A DNA stretch of 64,000 nt from Thermoprotei archaeon (GCA_017857595.1 JAFMCU010000001.1:10497-74496), one strand, 5' to 3'; positions 10,098 to 19,524 are shown, numbered from the stretch's first letter. The notes: a model not told the origin generated them from the sequence alone. Numbers and translations are program-made.

Positions 10098-11240
10098 CTA
10101 TTTTATATTAACTATTTTTAAGATTGGAAGAGTAATTACTGAATAAATTGAAAGCATAAACCAACTGTATGTAAATGATGATGAATGAGCTATAAATGCA
10201 AAAATATATGGTATTGTAGAGCCTAAAGCTATTTGTAGAGTATTAACTATACCTAAAGCTAAAGGAATTAGTTCATTTGAAATGCTATTATCTAAAGATG
10301 GAACAGCATACATTATTGAGAATACTCCTGCAGAAATGAAACCAATAAAAATTGAGTTTAAAATAGCTAAAAAATAATTTGAAAATGGTATTGTTGCTAT
10401 ATCAATGGCCATCAGCATCGTAAGAATTATTAAAAATGTTCTTCTTTTCTTAAATAAATCTGAGAAAGAACCTAAAATTGGGCCTCCTATTACGCCTGCT
10501 ATTAATATAGCTGAAGATATTATGCCAGAATAACTTGAATCTATATTTAAAGCCTTTATTATGTAAGTATCATAAAACTGTGAAGTTGTAAAGTATGAAC
10601 CCCAAAATCCAGCGCACCCTAATCCAATCCCTAGTACATTTTTATTTTTAAATATTGAAAGTACATTGCCTATTTTGTTAGGATTATCATTTGGTAAAAT
10701 TAAATGGTTTTCCAATGTAATTAATATTCCTAGAATTCCTGCGATAATTAAAGAACTTCGCCAACCTGTATATGATGCAACAACATACCAACTTGCTATT
10801 CCAATCCCTGCACCTAAGTTAAAAGCAGCGCTGTACAAGCCTAAAGCTAAACCTTGTCTTTCTCTAGAAAAAATTATTCTTAGTAGCTTTATTATGGGCG
10901 CAAAATAAAGTCCCGCACCAACTCCTACAATGAATCTAAAAATAAGCAAAGTATAAAAATTCTGTGCTAAACCTGATAATATCGTAAATATTGATAGTAT
11001 GTACATTCCTATCATAGCCGTTCTTTTTGCTCCTATTTTGTAAGCTATAATTCCAGAGGGTATGTTAAACATAGCAGCACCGAATAAAAACGCTGTAGGC
11101 AGCAATCCAATTTTATCTAAACTTAAAGAAAGGGCATTCATGATTAATATGAATATAGGCGATATATTGTACCAATTAAGCCCATATATAGCTCTAGAAG
11201 AAATTATCGAAGCGCTATTAATGATAAGTTTCTTGTTCAT
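10098..11240 (-). CDS. MFS transporter
   Basis: 380 aa, polytopic. Contains GIIAYKIGAKRT and the SDLFKKRRT loop typical of MFS. Abuts the convergent MFS gene with zero spacer. Confidence 0.7.
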   Translation of the reverse strand: MNKKLIINSASIISSRAIYGLNWYNISPIFILIMNALSLSLDKIGLLPTAFLFGAAMFNIPSGIIAYKIGAKRTAMIGMYILSIFTILSGLAQNFYTLLIFRFIVGVGAGLYFAPIIKLLRIIFSRERQGLALGLYSAAFNLGAGIGIASWYVVASYTGWRSSLIIAGILGILITLENHLILPNDNPNKIGNVLSIFKNKNVLGIGLGCAGFWGSYFTTSQFYDTYIIKALNIDSSYSGIISSAILIAGVIGGPILGSFSDLFKKRRTFLIILTMLMAIDIATIPFSNYFLAILNSIFIGFISAGVFSIMYAVPSLDNSISNELIPLALGIVNTLQIALGSTIPYIFAFIAHSSSFTYSWFMLSIYSVITLPILKIVNIK

Positions 11241-11297
11241 TTAATTAAGCTATGTTGTTAGAATGCTTAAATATTTTAGATTAGATAAATATATAAA

Positions 11298-12206
11298 ATG
11301 GAATTAATTGCGGATAATTTAACCAAGTATTATGGTAATTTTCGAGCTCTTGATAATGTTAGTTTTAAAATAAGCGATAAAGGATGTTATGGATACTTAG
11401 GACCCAACGGAGCAGGTAAAACAACAACGATGAAGATATTTACTAGCTTACTAAGACCTACTAAAGGAAATGCGTATATTAACGGCATAGATGTAACTAA
11501 AAATCCTGTTGAATCACTAAAACATGTAAGTTCTCTTATTGAAGATCCTGAGCCTTATTCCTTTATGACTGTAAAGGAATTTATCATATTTGCTTGCAAA
11601 ATAAGAAACATAAGCATTGATGAAAAAACTCTTAAAGATCTAACAGAAAGATTAAAGTTACCTTCAATTAATACTAAATGTTCAAAATTATCCAAAGGTC
11701 AAAAAAGGAGAGTTTTTTTAGCTGGAATTTTAGCCCAAGATAGCGATATATACATATTGGATGAACCTTCAGCAGGTCTAGATCCAGAGGAATCAATCAT
11801 AATTAGGAATATATTGAATGAATTAAAGAAGTATAAACTTATTTTCTTATCTTCCCATTTACTATATGAAGTAACTCAGGTATGTGATTATATATTGTTT
11901 TTAAATAAAGGAAAATTAATAGAGCAAGGTACTGTGGAGGACATATCTAAAAGATTTGCATCTAAATCGCTAAGGGTTGAATTTAATCAACCTGTGCAAG
12001 AAGAAGTATTCAAGAATCTTGTAGAATATAAGTTAATAACTGGATATAAAAAAGAAAACGATTCATCTTATATAATTCAATACGATGGTAGTGAAGAAAG
12101 TAGAAAGAAAATATTGCAATATTTAAGTAATTATAATCTAAGAAGTTTTTACGATAGCGCTTTAGGTTTGGAAGAGGCATATTTAAAACTGATCAGTGGT
12201 GAGTAA
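11298..12206 (+). CDS. ABC transporter ATP-binding protein (ABC-2 type)
   Basis: Walker A GPNGAGKTT, signature LSKGQKRRV, Walker B IYILDEPSAGLD. Confidence 0.9.
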   Translation: MELIADNLTKYYGNFRALDNVSFKISDKGCYGYLGPNGAGKTTTMKIFTSLLRPTKGNAYINGIDVTKNPVESLKHVSSLIEDPEPYSFMTVKEFIIFACKIRNISIDEKTLKDLTERLKLPSINTKCSKLSKGQKRRVFLAGILAQDSDIYILDEPSAGLDPEESIIIRNILNELKKYKLIFLSSHLLYEVTQVCDYILFLNKGKLIEQGTVEDISKRFASKSLRVEFNQPVQEEVFKNLVEYKLITGYKKENDSSYIIQYDGSEESRKKILQYLSNYNLRSFYDSALGLEEAYLKLISGE

Positions 12207-12999
12207 AATGCCATTATTCACATTATTAAATACAAATTTAAGGTTCTATTTTCAAACAAAAAGATTCATAGTGATTTTACCACTATATTTCTTTATAACG
12301 TTAATATTTCCGATTTTAATTATAGCAGGCTACATATCAAAACCCTTAGATGTTTATTCATTTACCAGTGAAGGTTTAAATAACTTTTCCAACGCATCAG
12401 CCTTAGTAGCTGCCCTTTTTGCGGGTGATGCAATTTCTAAGGATTTTAGTAGAGAAGGTTTCTTCACTTTAACGCAGCCTGTGAAAAGATTGGAAATCAT
12501 GTTAAGCAGGTATTTAGCAGGCAGCATCGTTACAATTTTAACAATGTTTGCATCATATTTCATACCTTGGATTATATTCAGTGAAGCCTTCTATTCAAGT
12601 ATAGATCCGAACATTGGAGAAATAGTGTTGTTTGCTATATTGTTTAATTTATCTCTAGTAGCATTTGCAGTATTATTTAGCTCCCTTTTCCGTAGTTCAA
12701 CGATTGGAATCATTATTACTTTGCTTGTAATATATTTAATTATGCCTGCTGTTACTGGAATATTGCAATTCTTGGGCATTGAACCTTGGTTCTTATTAAC
12801 ATATGCAGGATCTCTAATTGGGAATCTAGGATTAAAAGATTATCCTCCTCATATACAAACGTTAAGTTCTCAAAATTCCAAATTTACCATCTATAATCCT
12901 TATGTATGGGAAGCCTCAATTATTATGGTATCTTACCTTGTTATTTCATTAATCATTTCATACTTTATATATACAAGGCGGGAACTTAAAGAAATTTAA
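12196..12999 (+). CDS. ABC-2 type transporter permease
   Basis: 267 aa with about 6 TM helices. Overlaps the ATPase gene by 11 nt. Confidence 0.7.
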   Translation: MVSKMPLFTLLNTNLRFYFQTKRFIVILPLYFFITLIFPILIIAGYISKPLDVYSFTSEGLNNFSNASALVAALFAGDAISKDFSREGFFTLTQPVKRLEIMLSRYLAGSIVTILTMFASYFIPWIIFSEAFYSSIDPNIGEIVLFAILFNLSLVAFAVLFSSLFRSSTIGIIITLLVIYLIMPAVTGILQFLGIEPWFLLTYAGSLIGNLGLKDYPPHIQTLSSQNSKFTIYNPYVWEASIIMVSYLVISLIISYFIYTRRELKEI

Positions 13000-14009
13000 A
13001 TTTTTTCTTCTACAGATTTATCTATTGCGAATTCGCATATATCTATGCTATATTCAATTATTCTTTTAAAGCTGTCAAGTATTACTCTTAAAGAGATGAT
13101 AGCTTCTTGATTTAATTTATAATTAAAAATGGATTTTTCTATTTGTAATAGATCTTTAATTTTATCAAAACACTCTTTAATAGTATTATTAGCAATAATC
13201 TTATCCTTTTCTACATATGAATTATAAGCGTTCTTTAATAGATTTTTGGAAGTTTCAGATAAGGCATGTAATGTTTTTATTATAGATTTATCAAAACTGC
13301 TGTAGGAATTAGAAAGTTCATTCGATATGTTTTCAATGTGGTCAGCAATCCTTTCTAATGTTTTTCCATTTAATCTATAACCAATTAATTCGCTTCTTTT
13401 TGTTATACCTAAATCAGGCATAAGATAAACATTATTGATAGCTAAGTTTATTTGTCTATTAATCAAATTGTAAATCCTATCAACTTCATCATCAAGTTTT
13501 GATATTTTATTGAATATTTCCATGTTCTCTTTTAATGCGTAACTCAAATTTTCTAGCATTAAATAAACTAAACTATATAATCTACTGAAGGCCTTGCTGA
13601 GGTACATTTCTGCTATAGAAAAAACTTGAACATATAAGCTATCTATATTTTCTTCTAAAAATTCTATACCTACTAATCTATTTCTCAATATCTCTTTTAT
13701 TTTTTCTTTATAATCCAATGTTTTTTTCCCAAATTTTAAATTTATTTTATTGTATCCAACAAGATAACATGCAATACATTCTCTTATTATTGAATCAAAG
13801 TCTTCATATTCTTCTAAATTTAGAGAAGCTATTTTTTCTTCCCTTTTCTTAATATCCTTCCAAACATAAATTAATAAGGAGGAATCTTCCTGTTCAAGAA
13901 TGACAATTTTATCCTGAGGCTTAATATTGTTACTTTTTACCCATTCCTTTGGCAGTGATACAATATAAGTTCCTCCACCAGTAACTTGGACATTTCTAAT
14001 TTCTTTCAC
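12996..14009 (-). CDS. PhoU-family regulator with N-terminal AbrB/SpoVT-type DNA-binding domain
   Basis: 337 aa. N-terminal GGGTYIVSLPKEWVKSNNI (swapped-hairpin AbrB type) is followed by two PhoU-like helical repeats, including DDEVDRIYNLI. Confidence 0.7.
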   Translation of the reverse strand: MKEIRNVQVTGGGTYIVSLPKEWVKSNNIKPQDKIVILEQEDSSLLIYVWKDIKKREEKIASLNLEEYEDFDSIIRECIACYLVGYNKINLKFGKKTLDYKEKIKEILRNRLVGIEFLEENIDSLYVQVFSIAEMYLSKAFSRLYSLVYLMLENLSYALKENMEIFNKISKLDDEVDRIYNLINRQINLAINNVYLMPDLGITKRSELIGYRLNGKTLERIADHIENISNELSNSYSSFDKSIIKTLHALSETSKNLLKNAYNSYVEKDKIIANNTIKECFDKIKDLLQIEKSIFNYKLNQEAIISLRVILDSFKRIIEYSIDICEFAIDKSVEEKI

Positions 14010-14144
14010 ACTATTTATTTTAGATAAACAATATTTATAACTAAATTATTATTTAATTTTCTATATATTTCTTAAAGTAATCGTTATTATAACGCTAATA
14101 TAGAATAGTATATATACAAGGTAAAACATGAAATCATTTGATAA

Positions 14145-15920
14145 ATGTATGAATCTATCGCAGTAAGATTTTGTGGAGCTGCAGGAGACGGTATTGAATC
14201 AATTGGAAGCATTATGGTAAGAACTTTTGCAAGAGCTGGATTACATGTTTATGCATATAGAAATTATCAATCTGTAATTAGAGGTGGACATGTATGGTAT
14301 CAAGTAAGAGCTTCCAATGAAAAATTAACTTCATTCGGTGATTTTTATGACATAATGGTTACAACAAATAAAGACGGAATAATTTATGATTCTTCTCAAA
14401 TTAGAGAAGGTGGCATTATTATTTATGATAAATCTAAGGTAAAATTCAATGAAAGTGAAGTAGGCAAGAGATATCTCGATATGAATATCCCTCTTTCAGA
14501 GATTGCACAGCTTTATTCTAGAATTTCAGCAATGCAAAATGTTGTAGCATATGGCGCTATAGTTGAATTGTTAGGTCTTGATTTTTCTATAGTAAAAGAA
14601 GTTTTAGAATATGAGTTCGGAGATAAAGGTAAGGATATCGTAGAACAGAATATAGCAGCAGCTAGAAAAGGTTTTGAATATGCAAATGAAGTTTACGAAA
14701 ATATAAAAATTGAGTTTAAAGTTAAAGATCCAAGGAGAAAAATGTTCATAAGCGGTGCTAATGCAATCGCTTTTGGTGGATATGTTGCTGGATGCAAGTT
14801 CTATGCTGCTTATCCCATGACACCTTCTTCACCTATATTACATTGGTTTGCTGAACATTCAAAGAAAGGAGGTATTATTGTAATTCAACCTGAAGATGAG
14901 ATAGCTGTTATTAATATGGCAATAGGAGCAGCTCATGCAGGTGTTAGGAGTATGGTAGCAACCTCCGGTGGTGGCTTTGCATTGATGTCCGAAGCTGTAG
15001 GACTTGCTGGAATGACAGAAACACCATTAGTTATAGTTGAAGGCCAAAGAGGTGGCCCATCAACAGGTTTACCTACAAACACTGAGCAAGGAGATGTTAG
15101 ACAAGTTCTAGGTGCTGGTCAAAGTGACTATCCTAAGGTTGTAATGGCTCCTAGAGATATAGAAGAACTATTTTATTCAACAATCGAGGCTTTTAATCTT
15201 GCAGAAAAATATCAAATACCCGTAATAATTTTATCTGATCTCTACATGAATGAATCAACTTCAACTTTAGAAAAAGAATTTGATATTGAAAACGTTAAAA
15301 TCGATAGAGGATGGATTGTAAAAGAAGGAGAAGTAAAAGATTATAAACGATATCTTATAACTGAAAATGGCGTTTCGCCACGTGCTTTGCCAGGTATGAA
15401 GGATTATAACTTTGTAGCTGCAAGTGATGAGCATGATGAAAAAGGTCACTTAATAAGTGATGTATTAGCAGGACTACCTTACATGCTTAAGACGAGAAAG
15501 GCAATGATGGAAAAAAGGATGAGGAAAGAGCAATATATATTGAAAGAATTGGAGCCTCCTACGCTCTATGGAAGCAAGAATGCTGATGTAACAATTATAA
15601 GTTGGGGCTCTACAAGAGGTGCTGTAAGGGAAGCAATAAAAATATTGGAAAGGGAAGGCATAACAGCTAATTCTTTAGAAATAAAATATTTGCATCCCTT
15701 CCATGCAAATGAAGTAAAAGAAATTTTGATAAATTCAAAGTTAAAATTGCTAGTAGAAAATAATTATAGTGCACAAGTTGGTGGTCTAATTGCTCAACAT
15801 ACGGGTATAATCCTAGAAAATAAGCTTTTGAAATATGATGGCATGCCTATAATGCCGATGGAGATTGTAACAAAAGTAAAAGAAATTGTTTCACTTAAGA
15901 AATATGAGGTGGTGAAATAA
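14145..15920 (+). CDS. 2-oxoacid:ferredoxin oxidoreductase, large subunit (fused gamma-alpha, Sulfolobus-type a subunit)
   Basis: 591 aa. The N-terminal gamma-like GAAGDGIES is followed by the alpha domain AYPMTPSS...EDEIAVINMAIGAAHAGVR. Its stop overlaps the beta subunit start (ATAATG). Confidence 0.9.
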   Translation: MYESIAVRFCGAAGDGIESIGSIMVRTFARAGLHVYAYRNYQSVIRGGHVWYQVRASNEKLTSFGDFYDIMVTTNKDGIIYDSSQIREGGIIIYDKSKVKFNESEVGKRYLDMNIPLSEIAQLYSRISAMQNVVAYGAIVELLGLDFSIVKEVLEYEFGDKGKDIVEQNIAAARKGFEYANEVYENIKIEFKVKDPRRKMFISGANAIAFGGYVAGCKFYAAYPMTPSSPILHWFAEHSKKGGIIVIQPEDEIAVINMAIGAAHAGVRSMVATSGGGFALMSEAVGLAGMTETPLVIVEGQRGGPSTGLPTNTEQGDVRQVLGAGQSDYPKVVMAPRDIEELFYSTIEAFNLAEKYQIPVIILSDLYMNESTSTLEKEFDIENVKIDRGWIVKEGEVKDYKRYLITENGVSPRALPGMKDYNFVAASDEHDEKGHLISDVLAGLPYMLKTRKAMMEKRMRKEQYILKELEPPTLYGSKNADVTIISWGSTRGAVREAIKILEREGITANSLEIKYLHPFHANEVKEILINSKLKLLVENNYSAQVGGLIAQHTGIILENKLLKYDGMPIMPMEIVTKVKEIVSLKKYEVVK

Positions 15921-16786
15921 TGGAGGCTGAAATAAGGTTATATAGAGGAGAAGTTCCTCCTGATTGGTGTCCTGCTTGTGGAGATTTCGGTGTATTAAAT
16001 GCTATCCAAAGAGCATTAGCTGAATTAAAATTGGATCCTAAGGATGTTTTAATTGTATCTGGTATAGGATGTTCCTCAAATTTACCTGGATTTACTACCA
16101 CATATGGTTTTCATGGAATTCATGGTAGAGCAATACCTGTTGCAACAGGAGCAAAGTTAGCAAATCCAAATCTTACAGTGCTTGTTACTGTAGGAGATGG
16201 AGACTGCTATGGTATCGGTATGGGTCATTTTATACATGCAATGAGAAGAAACCCTGACATAACAGTAATAGTAATGAATAACCAAGTCTATGGTTTAACA
16301 ACAGGGCAAGCATCACCAACAAGTATGAAGAAGCACGTAACAAAATCAACTCCGTATGGCGTAATCGACGATTCTGTAAATCCAATCGCTTTAGCAATAA
16401 CTGGTGGCGCAACGTATGTAGCTAGGGGATTCTCTGGAGACCCTGTACATTTAGCTCAATTAATAAAAAATGGGATAATTCATAAGGGTTTAGCATTGGT
16501 TGATGTCTTCAGTCCATGCGTAACCTTCAATAAATTAAATACTTATGAATGGTTTAGAAAAAGGATTTACAAGTTAGAAAGTATAGGTCATGATCCTACC
16601 AATTTCGAATTAGCACTAAAGCGAGCTTTCGAGTTTGGAGATAAAATACCAATTGGATTATTTTATAAGACAGAAAAACCATCATATGAAGAGTATTTTG
16701 AAGATATTTACAATGGAAAACCATTGATAAATCATGATTTTCCCAAAAAAGAGCAAATCATAGAAATAATGAAAGAATTTTATTAA
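15920..16786 (+). CDS. 2-oxoacid:ferredoxin oxidoreductase, beta (TPP-binding) subunit
   Basis: 288 aa. WCPACGDFG cluster/TPP motif, GIGCSS and GDGDCYGIG. Confidence 0.9.
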   Translation: MEAEIRLYRGEVPPDWCPACGDFGVLNAIQRALAELKLDPKDVLIVSGIGCSSNLPGFTTTYGFHGIHGRAIPVATGAKLANPNLTVLVTVGDGDCYGIGMGHFIHAMRRNPDITVIVMNNQVYGLTTGQASPTSMKKHVTKSTPYGVIDDSVNPIALAITGGATYVARGFSGDPVHLAQLIKNGIIHKGLALVDVFSPCVTFNKLNTYEWFRKRIYKLESIGHDPTNFELALKRAFEFGDKIPIGLFYKTEKPSYEEYFEDIYNGKPLINHDFPKKEQIIEIMKEFY

Positions 16787-16804
16787 AATATTCGTTTTTT
16801 ATTT

Positions 16805-17203
16805 ATGGGTTATTTCAGTCTAAAAGAAGTTAAATTTATTGAATCTAATGAAGTTTGCAGGTTAGCTTCTTCTGATTTAAAGAATATTCCACACGTTGTT
16901 CCTGTGAATTACATTTTCAAAGAAAGCAGTTTTTATATATTTTCTGATTATGAGACTAAAAAGATTAAGAATATAAGAATGAATCCAAATGTAGCATTGA
17001 TTATTGATGTTTATCATGCTCCAAAAAATAGAGCAATATTAATTATAGGTAAGGCAAACATAATAGAACGGGGTGACGAGTATCGGGAAATTTATAATAT
17101 GTTTTATAAAAAATTTGGCTGGGTCCGTGCAGATCCTTGGAAAGAAGGCGAAGCGCCTTTGATTAAGATTGTACCAAATAAGAAGATTAGCTGGGGTATT
17201 TAA
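16805..17203 (+). CDS. pyridoxamine 5'-phosphate oxidase-family (split beta-barrel flavin/F420-binding) protein
   Basis: 132 aa. CRLAS...PHVVPVNYIF...NPNVALIID is the PPOX-like pattern. Confidence 0.65.
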   Translation: MGYFSLKEVKFIESNEVCRLASSDLKNIPHVVPVNYIFKESSFYIFSDYETKKIKNIRMNPNVALIIDVYHAPKNRAILIIGKANIIERGDEYREIYNMFYKKFGWVRADPWKEGEAPLIKIVPNKKISWGI

Positions 17204-17246
17204 TTATACAAAATAAAGTCTTTAAAATCAAATTTACAATAAATCG

Positions 17247-17279
17247 AAAGCCTCGCCCTTTAAGGCGGAGATGGAATCT
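17247..17279. repeat. GC-rich hairpin motif, copy 1 (AAAGCCTCGCCCTTTAAGGCGGAGATGGAATCT)
   Basis: CTCGCC/GGCGGAG can pair around a CTTTAA loop. A related copy lies at 35968-35997. Both copies sit in convergent intergenic regions at the 3' side of a minus-strand MFS gene. Confidence 0.4.
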
Positions 17280-17406
17280 AAATATCTAAAAGAAAAATCT
17301 TCCTTAGATGAGGAGTGATCAAGCAATCAGAGCAACAATCGCTATGAAGGTTACTCCCACCAAAAAATTCAGTATCGCAATATATTGCGTATCAGTATAC
17401 AGAACA

Positions 17407-17463
17407 TTCATCAAATAGGTTTTCTCCGAGCCTCTCTACCGCCTCTCATATGAGATATGTAAC
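17407..17463 (+). repeat. copy A of a ~45-57 nt non-coding segment shared in inverted orientation with 19157-19201
   Basis: Contains TTCTCCGAGCCTCTC (17422-17436) and ATGAGATATGTA (17450-17461). The exact reverse complement GAGAGGCTCGGAGAA is at 19173-19187 and TACATGTCTCAT at 19159-19170. Confidence 0.6.
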
Positions 17464-17581
17464 CAAGAGTAAATGAGGAGTATCATCATCATTTATGGAG
17501 AGGATGAAGTCAACAATAAAGCTTAATTTAAAAGCAATGCAGTCCAAATAACAGTACCTAAACATCTAAAAGTAGAAATGA

Positions 17582-18820
17582 TCATAAATAAGCTTGCTTT
17601 GTTGTTTCAATTTTAGATAGAACGAATACTGCTGCAATGTAAAAAGGTATTGAAGCTATAAATAAGATTAATGGTGAAATAGATGTATAAATTATTCCTG
17701 ATATCGCCTGAACAGGTGTAGATATGATTAAAGGAAAGACGCTAAAAATTGCCATAAGCCTGCCCCTGATTTCTTTTGGTATTAAATTCCCTTGAAGACT
17801 TTGAATAGTAGGTGTTAACATAGCACCGCTAATTCCACCTATTACACTCCATGCAATTAAATCATTCATTCCATTTGCTGATACAAACAGGACCATGCTT
17901 AAGGGAGAAGTCAATGCTGAAAAGATAGCTGCCTTTTTTATACCAATCCTTCTTATAAAGTAAATAGAAGGCAAAACAAGTATAATTGTAAAAATTGCGC
18001 TTAGACATGTTAATATACCATATACAGTAGGCGGTATGTTAATTTCCTTTATTAAGTATAATGATAAGTATATAGTAGTTAAGCTTGTTGCTACACTTGA
18101 AAGAAAAGAATATAGAACCAATCTCTTGACATTTTCATCAATCATGCCTAGAGCTTGAATATTGTCTTTTATTATTGATGTGATATGATTTAAAACATTC
18201 TTTCCGTTATCATTATAATTATTTTTATTTACATATGTTTCCTTAAGCTTAAAAGCCCTATATGTTACTCCTATGATGCCTGTTATTCCTGTTATTAAAT
18301 AACCAATCTTTAGACCAAGTTCTTCACCAAATTTCTCAATCATTAATCCTCCTATGTAAGGTAAAAAAACAGATGGTAATGTGGTTACCATCAAGAAATA
18401 AGCGAAACCAATGTATCGATATCTTGGATCCATTGAATCATTTAAAGTAGCGTTAAAAGCTGGTACATATATGCCTGAAATAGCTCCTATAACTATTGGA
18501 ATAAATAACCAAATCCAATCATTTGCAATGAAAAATAGAAAATTGTTAGCAGCTGCAACAAAGCTAAAAATTACAATAACTTTTCTTCTACCCCATCTAT
18601 CAGCGATATATCCACCCAGTAAATACATAAATGCGGTTATTATACTACTTAGAGCTCCCGCAAAGCCTATTAAATAAGTTGGCATTCCCAATGCATAGAA
18701 GTATATTGATTGATAAGGATTAACAATAGCACCTCCTATACTCCAAATCGCTGCTGATATAGATAGAACCCAAGCGTTTCCAGGTAAATAGAATTTATGT
18801 ATTCTTTCCTGATTCTGCAT
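17582..18820 (-). CDS. MFS transporter (12 TM)
   Basis: 412 aa. The GGYIADRWGRRKV loop after TM2 is the classic MFS motif A. Confidence 0.8.
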   Translation of the reverse strand: MQNQERIHKFYLPGNAWVLSISAAIWSIGGAIVNPYQSIYFYALGMPTYLIGFAGALSSIITAFMYLLGGYIADRWGRRKVIVIFSFVAAANNFLFFIANDWIWLFIPIVIGAISGIYVPAFNATLNDSMDPRYRYIGFAYFLMVTTLPSVFLPYIGGLMIEKFGEELGLKIGYLITGITGIIGVTYRAFKLKETYVNKNNYNDNGKNVLNHITSIIKDNIQALGMIDENVKRLVLYSFLSSVATSLTTIYLSLYLIKEINIPPTVYGILTCLSAIFTIILVLPSIYFIRRIGIKKAAIFSALTSPLSMVLFVSANGMNDLIAWSVIGGISGAMLTPTIQSLQGNLIPKEIRGRLMAIFSVFPLIISTPVQAISGIIYTSISPLILFIASIPFYIAAVFVLSKIETTKQAYL

Positions 18821-18934
18821 AATTCAATTTTATCTATTTCTATTTTACAACGTCTCTTAAATACTTTATCAATAAAATAGTTTAATTGAACAATTTCTTG
18901 ATTAATGCAGGATAATAATGTAACCTAATAAGGC

Positions 18935-18952
18935 TTATATATGCATATATAA
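18935..18952. promoter_or_regulatory. 18-nt perfect palindrome TTATATATGCATATATAA upstream of the MFS gene (possible operator/TATA region)
   Basis: Read directly from the sequence. It lies 115-132 nt upstream of the minus-strand MFS start at 18820. The AT-rich composition lowers its significance. Confidence 0.2.
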
Positions 18953-19020
18953 TAATACATGATGAAAATCCAAGGAGAACAATTTAATGTTTTTAGAATA
19001 AACGTTTATTAAAAAATATT

Positions 19021-19200
19021 ATGCGGAAGACTCATATGCTTACCTTTAAACACTGCACTGAGAGACTGTTCTTCGTATGATCACTTACTTCTTCTTTAAG
19101 CACTTACCGACCCGCTTTCCGCTATACATTGCAGGGAGCTCACACATCAATTCGAAGCTACATGTCTCATTTGAGAGGCTCGGAGAACTCTTCAATATGA
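19021..19200. other. GC-enriched non-coding island, candidate structured RNA or relic element
   Basis: By my count 78 of 180 nt are G+C (43%), against 12 of 60 in the preceding 60 nt. No ORF longer than 40 codons with an ATG in any frame. GCGGAA (19023-19028) can pair with TTCCGC (19117-19122). CTTAC[CT] occurs three times in direct orientation (19039, 19084, 19103). Carries repeat copy B. Confidence 0.3.
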
Positions 19201-19201
19201 A
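19157..19201 (-). repeat. copy B (inverted) of the segment at 17407-17463
   Basis: The reverse complement reads TTCATATTGAAGAGTTCTCCGAGCCTCTCAAATGAGACATGTAGC. Copy A reads TTCATCAAATAGGTTTTCTCCGAGCCTCTC[TACCGCCTCTCAT]ATGAGATATGTAACC. Confidence 0.6.
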
Positions 19202-19524
19202 AAAATTTAGTATGCTGCATATAAATGTGAAGAGATTTCTTTAAAATAACAAGCTTTGAATTTGATATGTTTTATGTATTTCTTTTGCAATGGTAGGTAT
19301 TATCATATTAATAGATTTAAAGCTTGTTTTTTAGAGTGGAGACGAAATTTTGTTGAATTTTTAATACTTATTAAATAATTCTTCTTCGAATTAAGTGTAA
19401 TCAAAGTAAGCATTGCAATGAAGATTGCTCATTCTGAAAGCATTTTAGTGTTGTAATATGCAAAAGAAAAGATAACTATCTAAAAATTGTAGAGTAAATT
19501 TATAAAAGAAGTTTCTTAAAAATC

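Noticed and set aside
17204-17581. tRNA, SRP RNA or C/D-box sRNA in the long intergenic region
   Set aside because: There is no acceptor/T-arm (GGTTCGAATCC-like) pattern and no SRP helix-8 type motif. Only imperfect C-box-like strings (GGATGAA, ATGATCA) are present, without a correctly spaced CTGA D box. I left it as an unassigned non-coding region.
19246-19330. Inverted repeat AACAAGCTTT / AAAGCTTGTT separated by about 60 nt
   Set aside because: Most of the match is the self-complementary AAGCTT core, leaving only 2 extra nt on each side. That is too weak to call a structure.
19388-19410. GAATTAAGTGTAATCAAAGTAAG resembles GAATTAAAGGCAATCAAAGCAA at 44919-44940. I considered a dispersed repeat or a solitary CRISPR-like repeat.
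   Set aside because: Only about 18 of 22 positions match in very AT-rich sequence. There is no spacer-repeat periodicity, no further copies that I could see, and no cas genes. It is within chance for this composition.
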